Under the pieces are notes generated by a model that made no database searches, was not told the origin of the DNA, and saw only the letters and a program-made list of their open reading frames with translations. The position numbers were made by a program, and so were the translations under genes. A stretch of 64,000 bases of DNA from Podarcis vaucheri (taxonomy: Eukaryota): NCBI GenBank assembly GCA_965113315.1, contig OZ220372.1; one strand, given 5' to 3'. Each line of letters begins with the position of its first letter. Within the stretch, counting starts at the first letter, position 1. This document shows positions 52,675 to 64,000 of the stretch, one piece after another.

Positions 52675-52934
52675 CAGTCATACCTCATGTTACGTCTGCT
52701 TCATGTTATGTTCTTTCAGGATACGTCCCACAGCAACCAGGAAGTACCGGAAAGGGTTACTTCTGGGTTTCGCCGCTCGTGCATGCACAGACGCGCAAAA
52801 GGACGTCACGTGCATGCGCAGAAGTGGCGAATCCCAACCCACGCGTGCACAGACGCACCGCTGCGGGTTGCATTCTGTTCATGTTGCGAATGGGCCTCTG
52901 GAATGGATCCTGTTCACAACCAGAGGTACCACTG
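52675..52934. mobile_element. Tc1/mariner MITE
   Basis: TA TSD; cagtcatacctc...gaggtaccactg. Confidence 0.85.
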
Positions 52935-52938
52935 TACT

Positions 52939-53118
52939 AGAAAGATTGAGGGCACAAGAAGAAGGGGACGACAGAGGATGAGATGGTTGGACAGTGTTCT
53001 CGAAGCTACCAGAATGAGTTTGACCAAACTGCGGGAGACAGTGGAAGACAGGAGTGCCTGGCGTGCTCTGGTCCATGGGGTCACGAAGAGTCGGACACGA
53101 CTAAACAACTAAACAACA
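52939..53118 (+). mobile_element. BovB (RTE) LINE 3' fragment
   Basis: KIEGTRRRGRQRMRWLDSV...DRSAWRALVHGVTKSRTRLN; near-identical to the 10888 copy. Confidence 0.9.
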
Positions 53119-54579
53119 GAGAAGCACAAACTTTCTCTTATCTGCCCCACAGGCACCAAAAGAACCCTGCTTCAAAACAAAAACAAACAATCCATGATGG
53201 ATATCCACAGCCTTGCAGACCTAGAAAGAATCCTTGCTCACGCCATTTAATACCATAAGCCGATTGTAGTTACCCTCTTACATCCATATGAACTCTGATA
53301 CAGGTATCACATGCCAAGGAGACTCACTTCTCTCTGCTAGGGAGTAATGAGAGAGAAACAATGCCAGCGGCAGTGGAGAGAACACCTTCAAGTTTTTTAA
53401 CCTCCTTATTCTCCTGCTCCAGCTTCCTGGCATTTATAGCAAAATATCCAGCAAACCTTGAAGAGGGGCTTTTTGGAAAACTCTCTTTTATTCAGAGCAC
53501 ACTGAAGCCAGGTGACCACCCTCAAAGTTAACAAGTTTCTCATCCTGTACAGAAACTACTGGTGCACAACAGCAGAAACCTTTCTGCCCAGAAATGGTGC
53601 TATTGAAAGAACCATCAGCTGCCTTTGGTGAGCAATCAGAGACAACTGTAACAAACAAAAAAAACCTTTAATAAAAATTATTTTAAAAAGATTGCTTTAG
53701 TAGCCTCAAATAATTAAAAGAGAGCTGGAAAAGAGGTGGACCTATCAAGGTTTAGCAATTAAGGTGTCAGGACGATTAACTGTCTATTTTTTATTTTTAT
53801 TTTTTTGGCGCATCACTAAAAAGTCTTAGATTCCCACCAAGACAGTAACCTCGTGCGTGGACTGTAACAACTTCAGGCTGCAATTGGGCTCACATAACTG
53901 AATGCTTCCCCATTCCAAAGAAGACAATAAATAAGAATCTCTGCTGTTGGAAAACTAGAACATCAGGGGAAAACATTCTGCTTAACTTACTGGTTCCTTA
54001 TGTGTAACCTTTTTTTTTTCATACCAACAAATGAGCCTTCACTCACTGTCTAAAGTGGTTCTCATAAGACCCAAATTTGCTACCCCAGCAAGAACTTGGT
54101 CAAAGGATATGTAAGCATTGAAAACATTAGCAAAACTATTTATTTAGGAGCAAAAAGGACTACATAACTTTATGCTATAATATACTGTGATTTTCTATAA
54201 TACTCAAAGATAGTCAGCACCATAACATCATGAGCAAGCAAATTTTCAAAATGGATTAACATCACATGGTGATTGTTGAAGAAAGAGGTTTGGAAGAGAT
54301 ATTTCTTACTCTCCTGTAGCAGCGTTAAACACAACAGCAATTGCTTTGAGCACATATAATTTGGTTAGATTTTGTATCTGCCCCAGCCACAAAAATCCAC
54401 TTTAAGCAAATATTCCACGTGAAAATACTTAGGGTAGAATAAATCACAGACACTTGGTAGTAGATAAAGATGGGGGAAAGGTTCCAAACAACTTAAAAAT
54501 AAAAGTACAAAGTTTTCTTACAAAAAGGACAATGCAATCTTTGAATGAGCAAATATGCAGGCTGTGAAATCTCCTTTTA

Positions 54580-54731
54580 TTTTATTTTATTTTATTTATT
54601 TTTTATCTTTTATTGCCATTGCCAACTATATTTCAAGTCGTCATGGCGGGGCATTGGGGAAAGTTTTCAATTAGCAATAATCGTGCCTCGGATTAACCTC
54701 ATTGGCTACGATACTGCCACTGCGCAAAGCT
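54580..54731 (-). pseudogene. RNU4: U4 snRNA retropseudogene (nt ~1-120 plus A-rich tail)
   Basis: Minus strand AGCTTTGCGCAGTGGCAGTATCGTAGCCAATGAGGTTAATCCGAGG...GGCAAT (54731-54612), then an A-rich tail; 16-bp TSD at 54564-54579 and 54732-54747. Confidence 0.93.
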
Positions 54732-54862
54732 GTGAAATCTCCTTTTAGAGAGATTCAGTTTACTTGCAGGAAGCCATGCCCACATGGCTTCTTGCATGTT
54801 CCAGATAGCAAAAAGAGAAAGAGAATGAGAAGCGGGGAGCATAGCCTGAGCTCAGATTAACC

Positions 54863-54998
54863 CAGGCATAGGCAAACTTCGCCCTCCAGGTGTTTTGGGA
54901 CTACAACTCCCATCATCCCTAGCTAACAGGAGCAGTGGTCAGGGATGATGGGAATTGTAGTCCCAAAACATCTGGAGGGTTGAGTTTGCCTATGCCTG
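54863..54998. mobile_element. Palindromic hAT MITE
   Basis: Same family as 10294; 8-bp TSD GATTAACC. Confidence 0.9.
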
Positions 54999-55141
54999 GA
55001 TTAACCCTTTCATACACACATGTGTGAATTAATAACTGTATATTGCAACAGTAAAGACAAGTGATTCCTGCATTTCCACTTCATTAATTCCTCATGACTG
55101 TCCAGAAGTTCCTCTTTTTAAATCATGATTCTGTGTCAGTA

Positions 55142-55382
55142 CAGTGGTACCTCAGGTTAAGTACTTAATTCGTTCCAGAGGTCCGTACTTAACCTGAAAC
55201 TGTTCTTAACCTGAAGCACCACTTTAGCTAATGGGGCCTTCCGCTGTCGCTGCGCCGCTCCCGTAAGATTCTGTTCACATCCTGAAGCAAAGTTCTTAAC
55301 CCGAGGTAATATTTCTGGGTTAGCGGAGTCTGTAACCTGACGCATATGTAACCTGAAGCATATGTAACCCAAGGTACCAATG
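55142..55382. mobile_element. Tc1/mariner MITE
   Basis: TA TSD; CAGTGGTACCTC TIR. Confidence 0.85.
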
Positions 55383-56795
55383 TATTAGGAATCAGCAGCT
55401 TACTCTCAACAGCTGGTTTTGTTTGCTACTTTTTGTGGTCAAACCTGTGGTTGTTTGAAAAGCAGATGTTCTCTCAGTTATGAATTCTCCGTACAATAGA
55501 AAGTATGAACACCCTCACCGATCACACATGCAATCAGAGTACATCACAGCTGAACCCCCCCCCCCCAGTTCTCAGAGGCTTTTTCACCGATTTCACTGTT
55601 ATTAGGACTTTTTTAAAAAAAGTGGTGCTGCTCATCTATGATGCAATTCACGATTTAACATAATTTCTGAGGAGTTTTGTTTTTATACAGCAGTTGAGGA
55701 AAAGACGAAGCTGCAAAGCCAGGTCACTGGTCTGTATAGCTCAGCATTGTCTACCCCAGCCTCTCTCAACCTCGGGTGCCCAGATGTTGTTGGAATACAA
55801 CTCCCACCATGATGGAAATTGTAGTCTAAAATCTGGACCACAGATGCTGAGAAAGGCTGGTCTACACTGAATGGCAATGTGATGGCAGTAACACACACTC
55901 TCTCTCTCTCTCCCTCGCATGAGTTAGCATGCCCAGGTAAGGAAAGAGATATTTATGGGTTTTTTTGCACAATCTCCAGAACCACCTTAAGCCATCCAAG
56001 CCTTGCTCTGGGCCTCTTCTGTGCAAACACTTTTGCCACTGCACTAGGAGCACCTTCTCCGACACCTTCCCAAAGCATGCCTAATTTTGACAAGGCAGCG
56101 TAAGGGCTCTTGCGATGCTGGCGCAGCCCTAGCACTGCATTCCCAGAGACTTTGGAATTCCTGGCATATGGGAATTCCAGAACCTGAAGAGGCGAGTGCC
56201 TGGTCACTTCCGCTTCCAGGGTACAGCTTTTTGCACACCCAAACCTCCAGATATTTTGGCCTTTTTAAAACATTCCCCCAGACGCTATTTTTGCTGTTTG
56301 AATCCTGGACGTGTCTGGGGAAATCTGTATGTATGGCAACCCTAAAGCAGGGATACGCCCAGGGTTCGAACCTGGAACCTTCTGCATGTAGAACAGATGC
56401 TGTACCAAGATATGGCGCTTCTGAAGTTTAGGAAACTAACAGACAAGTAAGCCAATGTAAATGTACAGCGCCCACACAAAATAACAAGTTCTTGTGGTGC
56501 AAGCATGGCCTCTGGAGCAGTCCAAAGGAGAATATAAATTAAGTGATTGAGGAAATGGAGGAGTAAACAACACGTCGCAGGGCTCAGGAAATAATATGTT
56601 GCAACAATGTTGCAACCACTCCAGCAAATAAATCTTGTTTCCGATGGAAGAAAGTAACGTTTCTTTACATCGTCCCCTTTTTGATCCAGTTCACCTCTGA
56701 TTCAATTGGGAACGACTGATTCCTGTAAATACATTTACTTTAAAATCATGCTTTATCCTTCTCCTCATCAGAAAAGGTTCCCAGAGTGGCTTACA

Positions 56796-56796
<1 letters not shown>

Positions 56797-56853
<57 letters not shown>
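56797..56853. repeat. (GAAA)n microsatellite
   Basis: Direct observation. Confidence 0.95.
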
Positions 56854-56854
<1 letters not shown>

Positions 56855-56905
56855 TCCCTATCCTCAGGCTTACAGTCTAAAAAGACATGGCAAAAGAAAA
56901 ATGGA

Positions 56906-57173
56906 TCATAAGAGTTGGGAGAGACCCTGAGGTTCATCTAGTCCAGGTATGGCCAAACTTGGCCCTCCAGCTGTTTTGGGACTACAACTCCCATCATCCC
57001 TAGCTAACAGGACCAGTGGTCAGGGATGATGGGAACTGTAGTCCCAAAACAGCTGGAGGGCCGAGTTTGGCTATCACTGATCTAGTCCAACCCCCTGCAT
57101 ATACAGCTGTCCCTTATGGGGATCGAACCTGCAACCTTGGCGTTATCAGCACCATGCTTTAACCAACTGAGCT
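56906..57173 (-). mobile_element. tRNA-derived SINE with CR1-type tail, interrupted by a hAT MITE
   Basis: Reverse head tagctcagttggttaaagc...gcaggttcgatccc; body resumes across the MITE. Confidence 0.75.
56944..57079. mobile_element. Palindromic hAT MITE nested in a SINE
   Basis: 8-bp TSD ATCTAGTC; same family as 10294. Confidence 0.9.
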
Positions 57174-57499
57174 AGGAAATAAGCAAACTCAGGTTCCAGT
57201 TCTTAATTGCAAGTTGTTCCAATTACCAGCCGGGATGGAAAGATTCAAGGAGAGGAGGAACCAAAAGATGCTGGCCTGCCAGCTGTTCTGACGGAGTGGC
57301 CCTGCGTCCCATCTCCTCCCTCCTCTGCTGCAGACTGATGTAATGTTACATCCATGTCCAATTATCGTTGGCCGGTATTCAGTTTCGATCTTTGTTTTTA
57401 TAGACAATTACGTCAGCTCCCTAAGATAAATGCTATATCTTTTGAGAATCCATAAGCAGGGTGGGCCAAGCAACCACTTAGCCTGCCACCAACCTGCGA

Positions 57500-57836
57500 T
57501 CATCATCGGAGACCCTTCTTCGCGTGCCTCCCCTACGAGGTCCGAAGGGTGGCAACACGAGACTGGGCCTTTCCTGTGGTGGCTCCCCATTTGTGGAATG
57601 CTCTCCCCAATGAGGCACACCTGGCACCTCCATTACATCTCTTTAGGCGCCAGGCAAAAACATTTTTCTAAAACCAGGCCTTTGGGTTATTAACATAAAT
57701 AGGCTTGTGGGAGGGGATAGTTATTGGTTGTTTTTGTTTTATTGTGTATTTTGTGTTCCCATTTTGTATTTTTATGCTGCGACCCACCTTGTGTTGTTCG
57801 GATGAAGGACACTATACAAATGTAATTAACAACAAT
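57500..57836 (+). mobile_element. L2 LINE 3' fragment
   Basis: gggcctttcctgtggtggctccccatttgtggaatgctctccc motif, homologous to 38530-38575; 3' tail present. Confidence 0.7.
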
Positions 57837-57837
57837 A

Positions 57838-58069
57838 CAGTCACACCTCGGGTTACAGACACTTTAGGTTGCGTTTTTTGGGGTTACGGACGCGCCAAAA
57901 CCTGGCAGTACCAGAAGGGGTTACTTCTGGTTTTCAGCAGTCGCACATGCACAGAAGCGCTAAATCGCGCTTTGCGGATGCGCAAACCCGTGAATTGCAA
58001 CCCGTGCATGTGCAGACGTGGCACTGTAGGTTGCGAACGTGCCTCCCGCACGGATCAGGTTCGCAACTG
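57838..58069. mobile_element. Tc1/mariner MITE
   Basis: Same family as 38786 and 52675; right TIR partly deleted. Confidence 0.8.
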
Positions 58070-58737
58070 TACCAGCAACCTGATGTACACAAGTGTAGCA
58101 CACCAAGAATACCAGACTGCAAGTAAGTAGCTTCGTGTTCTCTTCTACACAGTAGTCAGAGAGAGAGAAAGAAAGAGAAAAACATAGACACTACGAGTCC
58201 TGTTATGTCCTATAAAATAGCTGCTGTAGTTGCTGTATTAGCATTAACCTGTCTCCACAGCACCTTGTAGAAAGTGTGATCACAAATGCAGAAATGAATA
58301 GAATTAAATGAATAGAATTAAAAATTCATTCCTTTCCTAAAAGAAAGCAGAGGGGGGATTAAATAATTTTCAGACTATATCATAACAAAAAATAGAGAAG
58401 TAGGCTATCTAAGCATGGCGGTTCCTACTTCCCCACCAAGACCACGAACCACTTGAAAACGGCTTGCTGGACCGCTTTATGATTTTTCTGCCTGTCGTAG
58501 CAATTACACCTTGAATTCTGTGGAATTACAATGCTTGTAAGATGTGCTGTCTACTCTCTGCAGCCACAAACCAACCCGCATGTCACAGATCATCTGAATG
58601 AAACTCGACCAAAGACCACAGTTTGGGAGCCCCTGATCTATCTGATTACTGTACAGTGTTCTGTCCGGAAGCTGCAGCTACAGCAGAATTCACCTGTGCA
58701 TTTAACACTGGGAACTGGCCGCAGGCAGTCAGATTTA

Positions 58738-59084
58738 GGGGAACGTGGGTTAAACCACAGAGCCTAGGACGTGCCAATCAGAAGGTCGGCGGTTCGAATC
58801 CCCGCGACGGGGTGAGCTCCCGTTGCTCAGTCCCTGCTCCTGCCAACCTAGCCGTTCGAAAGCACGTCAAAGTGCAAGTAGATAAATAGGTACCGCTCCG
58901 GCGGGAAGGTAAACGGTGTTTCCGTGCGCTGCTTTGGCTTGCCAGAAGTGGCTTAGTCATGCTGGCCACGTGACCCGGAAGCTGTATGCCGGCTCCCTTG
59001 GCCAATAAAGCGAGATGAGCGCCGCAACCCCAGAGTCGGTTATAACTGGACCTAATGGTCAGCGGTCCCTTTACCTTTACCTTT
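58738..59084 (+). mobile_element. Sauria SINE
   Basis: gtgggttaaaccacagagcctagg...ggttcgaatcc head; (ACCTTT)n tail. Confidence 0.93.
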
Positions 59085-59467
59085 AAACTGTTTGGTTACG
59101 TTGGGTGCAGAGCCTCGCAGACACTGCAGAGGACACCACAAATATGATTTAGAATGCTGCGTGAAAGGCATGGGGCAATTTTTTTTTGGCATCACTGAAA
59201 TTTGAGACCTCAAGGGCTGCCAACCACTGCAGGGTTGGCAAATCAACACTGACCGATATTGGTCCAGATCTGAGGGGTCTCGAATGGAACCTTAGCTGAA
59301 ATTCCTAAAGGACCTGGGATGAGCATATATGCCAACCTTTCCACTCCTTAGACGTTACCAGATGAGGCCTTGCTCCACATCCCTTTACTGAGTGAAGTAA
59401 AACCAGCAGCACCCAAGGCTGGAGAACATGCTCTGTATTAGCATGTCCCTGCATGCAAATGGCTAGT

Positions 59468-59697
59468 CAGGGGTCAGCAAACTTTTTCAGCAGGGGGCCG
59501 GTCCACTGTCCCTCAGACCTTGTGGGAGGCCGGACTATATGGGGGGGCAGGAATGAATTCCTATGCCCCACAAATAACCCAGAGATGCATTTTAAATAAA
59601 AGGACACATTCCTCTCATGTAAAAACACGCTGATTCCCCGGATTTAGAAGGTGACTGGGCCGGATCCGGCCCCCGGGCCTTAGTTTGCCTACCCGTA
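59468..59697 (+). mobile_element. hAT (Charlie-like) element
   Basis: Homologous to 6041-6342. Confidence 0.8.
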
Positions 59698-60134
59698 GGC
59701 TAGCGTCTATCTCATTACTTGCATTTGTGCATAAAAACAGAACCTTCTTATTCTTCTGTACTTTAAAGACACTTTAAATTTTCCCATTGTTTTCTGTTTT
59801 CATTTATCCAGTTGTTTTTATTGTCATGACATTCGAATTGCCTTAAGGAAGTTTTAGGGGGTTTTTTATTTGAAAAAAGGGAGCAATTAATACTTTATTT
59901 TAAAAAATCAGCAGATTATGTCGTAAGTATTGTCCACTTCAGCCTATATTTATAAATCTCATTAAGGTTACCTTCAAAAACACAAAGTATAACTTCAGGT
60001 AAGCAATATTTTATATAGTTTTCTGGGAATCTTTCACTGGGATTGTTTAAAATGTTTCTCTCGTATAAATTAGCTCTCATATCCGGGCAGTTCTTCTGTC
60101 TCTGTTCCAGCAGCAAAGGCTGTTCAGTAGAATA

Positions 60135-60934
60135 CAGTGGTACCTCGCAAGACGAACGCCTCGCAAGACGGAAAACCCGCTAGACGAAAGGGTTTTCCGT
60201 TTTGGAGGCGCTTCGCAAGACAAATTTCCCTATGGGCTTGCTTCGCAAGACGACAGGGAAATATCCGGGACAGCGGGGAAGCGCAGCGCGTCTTCCCCAC
60301 TGTCCTCGGACCTCCTCCGAAGCCGGGCGGTGGGGCGGGAACGCCTCCTCCCGCCGCCGCCGGGCTTCGGAACGATGCTCCGAAGCCGGGCGGCCGGGCG
60401 GGAACACCTGCCCCCGCCGCCCGGCTTCGGAACACTGCTCCGAAGCCGGGCGGCGGGGCGGCAACACCGGCCCCTGCCGCCCGGCTTCGGAACGCTGCTC
60501 CGAAGCCGGGCGGCGGGGCGGGAACACCTTCTGAAGGCGGGCGGCGGGCGAAAGTCTTTGTCCCCCCTGCCTGCCTTCCCAGGGGCTTTTAAATCACCCC
60601 GGACAGCGGAGAAGTCCTCCGCTGTCCCGGGGCGACTTTAAAATGCCGCCCGCCAGCATTTTAAGATCGCCCGGACAGCGGAGAAGTCCTCCGCTGTCCC
60701 GGGGTTTTTTAAAATGCTGGGGGTGGGAAGAAAAGCCCTTGTCCCCCCCCCCCAGCCTTCAGAAGAGGTCCGGGGATAGACTGTCCCCGGACTTGGTCTG
60801 AAGGCGGTTTCCCTAGGAACGCATTAATTGATTTTCAATGCATTCCTATGGGAAACCGTGCATCGCAAGACGAAAAACTCGCAAGACGAAGAGACTTGCA
60901 TAACGAATTAATTTCGTCTTGCGAGGCACCACTG
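60135..60934. mobile_element. Tc1/mariner MITE with GC-rich 60-bp hairpin minisatellite
   Basis: TA TSD; TIR CAGTGGT(A/G)CCTCGCAAGACGAA; ~3.5 units of 60 bp at ~60316-60530. Confidence 0.9.
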
Positions 60935-62376
60935 TAGCATCTTATAGTAAAGCACAAAGAGATGGAAAGTGACAAAAAAAACCAACAACCTGAAAGAATA
61001 AAACAAACAAAAACAAAATTTCTAGTGGCATGGCCAATTCTCCCTTCACAGCAGTGGTAAGAAGCAATACTTTCCCTGGGGCACTCATCTTTTGTAACAC
61101 CAGAGTCCTCTTTGCCAGACAAAGGGGAACCTGTTAATCCACTGTATGCCGACATTCTTACTATAACCCAAGTTGCACCCCTCCCTCAAAGTTTTAAGGA
61201 CACACAGAGCAGCTACAACCTTGATTCACGTGAAGGGAGAGAAATCGTGGAAGAAAGTCAGTGTTCATACATCATTCCTCCACTAGATTCACCATGAAAA
61301 TATAACAAGGAACCAGTTATTATAAATCAGAGTCTCATACATGGCATCTTTTTACAGTTTCTGTGAAAATGCAGTGTGACACAATCTATAACCAAAGTGA
61401 AGAAGCAACACAGCAAGGGTTGTGGTGCAGTTTGAAGGCTTAAATACACATTCATCAGAATTCTCGCAAGAAAGCAAAATATGAGAAACCACGCAAGGTG
61501 TAATCTCAGAAGCACCAATTCATGAAATAAACACAACTGGGAGGCTGCCACACCAGCCTCCACCAACCTGGTCCCTTCCAGATGTTTTCGACTATCATTC
61601 CATCATCTCCAGCTGCCACAGTTGTGTCAGTAACAACTTTAACCAAACAACTAAGACTGAAAAAAATAGGCTTCTGTGACACAGAATGGAATCCCTCAGT
61701 TAAGGGAGACCCTGGTAATTTACATAAATCTTAGAACTATTAGTGCAAATGTTATTCATTAGTGTTTAGCTGCTTAGGCAAGAGTAAAGCGAATGTTTTC
61801 AGTTTGGGATATTACAAAGCCATAAGAAGCAGGAAGGGTTGTTCAGCTACATCAAAACTGGCAATCTGTTGAGGAATGTGGAGATCATTTTGTTCTGGAT
61901 TAGTAGTCGACTTGTCCTCATATTATCTCCAACAAGCATGATGGCGGTGGTTGTTAAGACTTTGGTTTTAATGGAATTTTTACTATTTTCTTTCCAAAGC
62001 AGGTATGAAGTGACAAACAGAAACGTTCAAAAGTTACTATTATGGTTTTAAGTCTGCAAAGTACTTATTTACAGTCTTCCAGAAGAACCCTTTGCTTGTC
62101 TACATAGAAAGCGCCACTAAGTTTAACGGGACATATCCCAGACAAGTGTGCATAGGATTGCAGCCTTTCCTGTGCTTTGTCATCACAACTATCTTCAAAA
62201 GTAGGTTGATATGGGCCAAAGCAGATGCATGAATGTTTTATAAACATATGCTCTCTGGTTTTGCTTCAGCACAAGGGTTAACATTTAATACTGTGCTTTA
62301 TAGCTGAAATAGTGAAGTGTCTGCGAAAGACACACACACCTGATTTGGCACCATTTTACTGATTTGCAATGGAATA

Positions 62377-62626
62377 CAGTCGTACCTTGGAAGTCGGACG
62401 GAATCCATTCTGGAAGTCTGTTCGACTTCCAAAATGTTTGAAAACCAAAGAACGACTTCTGATTGGCTGCAGGAAGCTTCTGCAGCCAATTGGAAACCAT
62501 GGGAGCCCCGTCAGATGTTTGGCTTCCAAAAATAGTTGGAAAACTGAAACAGTCACTTCCGGGTTTGTGACATCCAGGAGCCAAAACGTTTGAGAACTAA
62601 GCTGTTTGAAAACCAAGGTACAACTG
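62377..62626. mobile_element. Tc1/mariner MITE
   Basis: TA TSD; cagtcgtaccttgg / ccaaggtacaactg. Confidence 0.85.
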
Positions 62627-62777
62627 TAACTTGCTCAAGTCCTTCCAGTGAATCTGTGGCAAAGGTGGGACTGTAACATCAACAGACCTACGAAATCCAT
62701 GCCTATCTAATTTCTAACCATAGCTGCTCAGATGTGCAATCCTAACCCCACCTGCAAGAAAGCTTCACTGAATTTGG

Positions 62778-63648
62778 TTGGAACATATGCAGAGGAGGGT
62801 GACCAAGGCGATCAAGGGTGTGGAAACAAAGCCTTATGAGGAACAGTTGAGGGATTCGTGTATGTTTAGCCAAGCAAAGAGGACACTGGGAGGAGATATG
62901 TGTTACGATATAGAAGCAATGCGGCCGCGAGCTGCTGCTAGCTTGGAAGCAAAACATAATGGGAATGTTGGGACTGTTTCCGTGGGAAACAGAGGGACAG
63001 TCTTTTCACAGTGCGAAGCACCGGAATTAGCTCACAGTGTAATATGAGCTGTACAGGAAGTACAGTAGGTGGAGTTTGTCTCTCTGCTGTTGGAGTTTGA
63101 AGAGAGCAGACGTGTTTCTCTGTAACGCTGCAAAGACAGAAATAAAGGCATGTAAATACGTTTCTCTCTATCTCTTTCCCCTGCCCCTGGGGGGGCAGGA
63201 AAGAGTGGTGTGTTCTCCTCACGCTGGGGAGGATCACCGATCGCGACCTTGCCTGGATCTTGCCGGGAATGCAGACAGGGAGGTCAACCGGTGATTCAAG
63301 CCGGGTGCCTGGAGAGTGGCCAGTTTCTCCTGAAGGCAGGCTTGAATCCCGACAATATGATGGTCAAATATTTAAAGGGCTATCACATGAAAGATAGAGG
63401 AAGCTTGTTTTCTCCTGCTCTGGAGGGTAGGATCAATGGATTCAAGCTACAAGAAAGGAGATTCCGACTAAACATGGGGAAGAACTTTCTTAATACCCAT
63501 TCCAGCAGTGAAACAGGCTCCATCGGAAGGTGGTAAACTCTCTTTCATTGCTTTTTAAGCAGAGGTTGGGTGGCTATCTGTCACAGATGCTTTGGTTAAG
63601 ATTTCTTCATAGCAGGGGGTTGGACTCTACAATTCTATGATTCTACGA
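62778..63648 (+). mobile_element. CR1 LINE 3' region, split by a solo LTR
   Basis: EHMQRRVTKAIKGVETKPYEEQLR...GDM / ...KYLKGYH...RINGFKLQERRFRLN; ATTCTATGATTCTA tail. Confidence 0.85.
62901..63354 (+). mobile_element. Solo LTR (454 bp)
   Basis: TGT...ACA termini; 5-bp TSD ATATG (62896-62900, 63355-63359); AATAAA at 63141. Confidence 0.85.
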
Positions 63649-64000
63649 ATTAAGCTGCTACCCTATCAGGATTACCTATTTAGCTCATCTGACAAACACA
63701 AATACATTTCCAAATTTTCTGTCTCAGGCAACCATTTGAAAACAGAAACTAAAACTTCACCTATGTGCTGCAGCCTTCCATGCAATTATAGCTAAAACAA
63801 ATGAAAATCATCATGCCTGCTATGGCTGCTTTACAAGAGAAACTGCTCCCATGTGAGGACTGCATTCAGGAAACCTCTGTGCGCCACAATTGCTCCAAGC
63901 AGTGAGCTTGCCACAGTGATGGTCTCCTACCACCCAGTTTGGTTTCATGCTGCTGCCAAGCTGTTGTCAAGAGTTGTTTGGTGGGAGCATGAAACAAAAC

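Noticed and set aside
53715-53745. Short resemblance to ATXN7L1 exon 2 (agagctggaaaagaggtgga)
   Set aside because: Wrong strand, no splice sites or extended match; exons 1-2 probably lie outside the window.
54612-54731. Functional U4 snRNA gene
   Set aside because: Lacks the Sm site and 3' stem-loop; has an A-tail and TSD.
57110-57173. tRNA gene-like segments (also 11670-11732, 24650-24715, 56350-56410)
   Set aside because: These are SINE heads that continue into SINE bodies; no intact cloverleaf or Pol III terminator.
60124-60641. Overlapping Pro/Ala/Gly/Arg-rich ORFs
   Set aside because: Expected from a GC-rich minisatellite lacking stop codons.

Overview
Vertebrate genomic DNA from a squamate reptile, most likely a lacertid lizard, judged by the Sauria SINEs, BovB, L2/CR1/L1 LINEs and abundant hAT and Tc1/mariner MITEs. 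The window holds two convergent genes. The first is the last coding exon of RINT1 (+, 336-558). The second is ten coding exons of ATXN7L1 (-, 43310 down to the stop at 5390; SAGA deubiquitinase-module subunit with an N-terminal zinc finger and an SCA7 domain), all with GT-AG boundaries and consistent phases, followed by a ~2.5 kb 3' UTR. ATXN7L1 exons 1-2 were not found and probably lie beyond 64000. The introns are dense with transposons, including nested insertions and solo LTRs. The most notable unannotated-looking items are: (1) a U4 snRNA retrocopy with target-site duplication (TSD); (2) two candidate alternative first exons and one candidate alternative last exon of ATXN7L1; (3) inverted TE pairs bracketing a frame-symmetric 606-nt exon 3-5 block, a circRNA candidate; (4) one MITE family whose three copies carry palindromic tandem-repeat cores that differ in type or length. 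No prokaryotic-type system (CRISPR etc.) is present. Gene and repeat identities come from recognition of sequence, not database searches.
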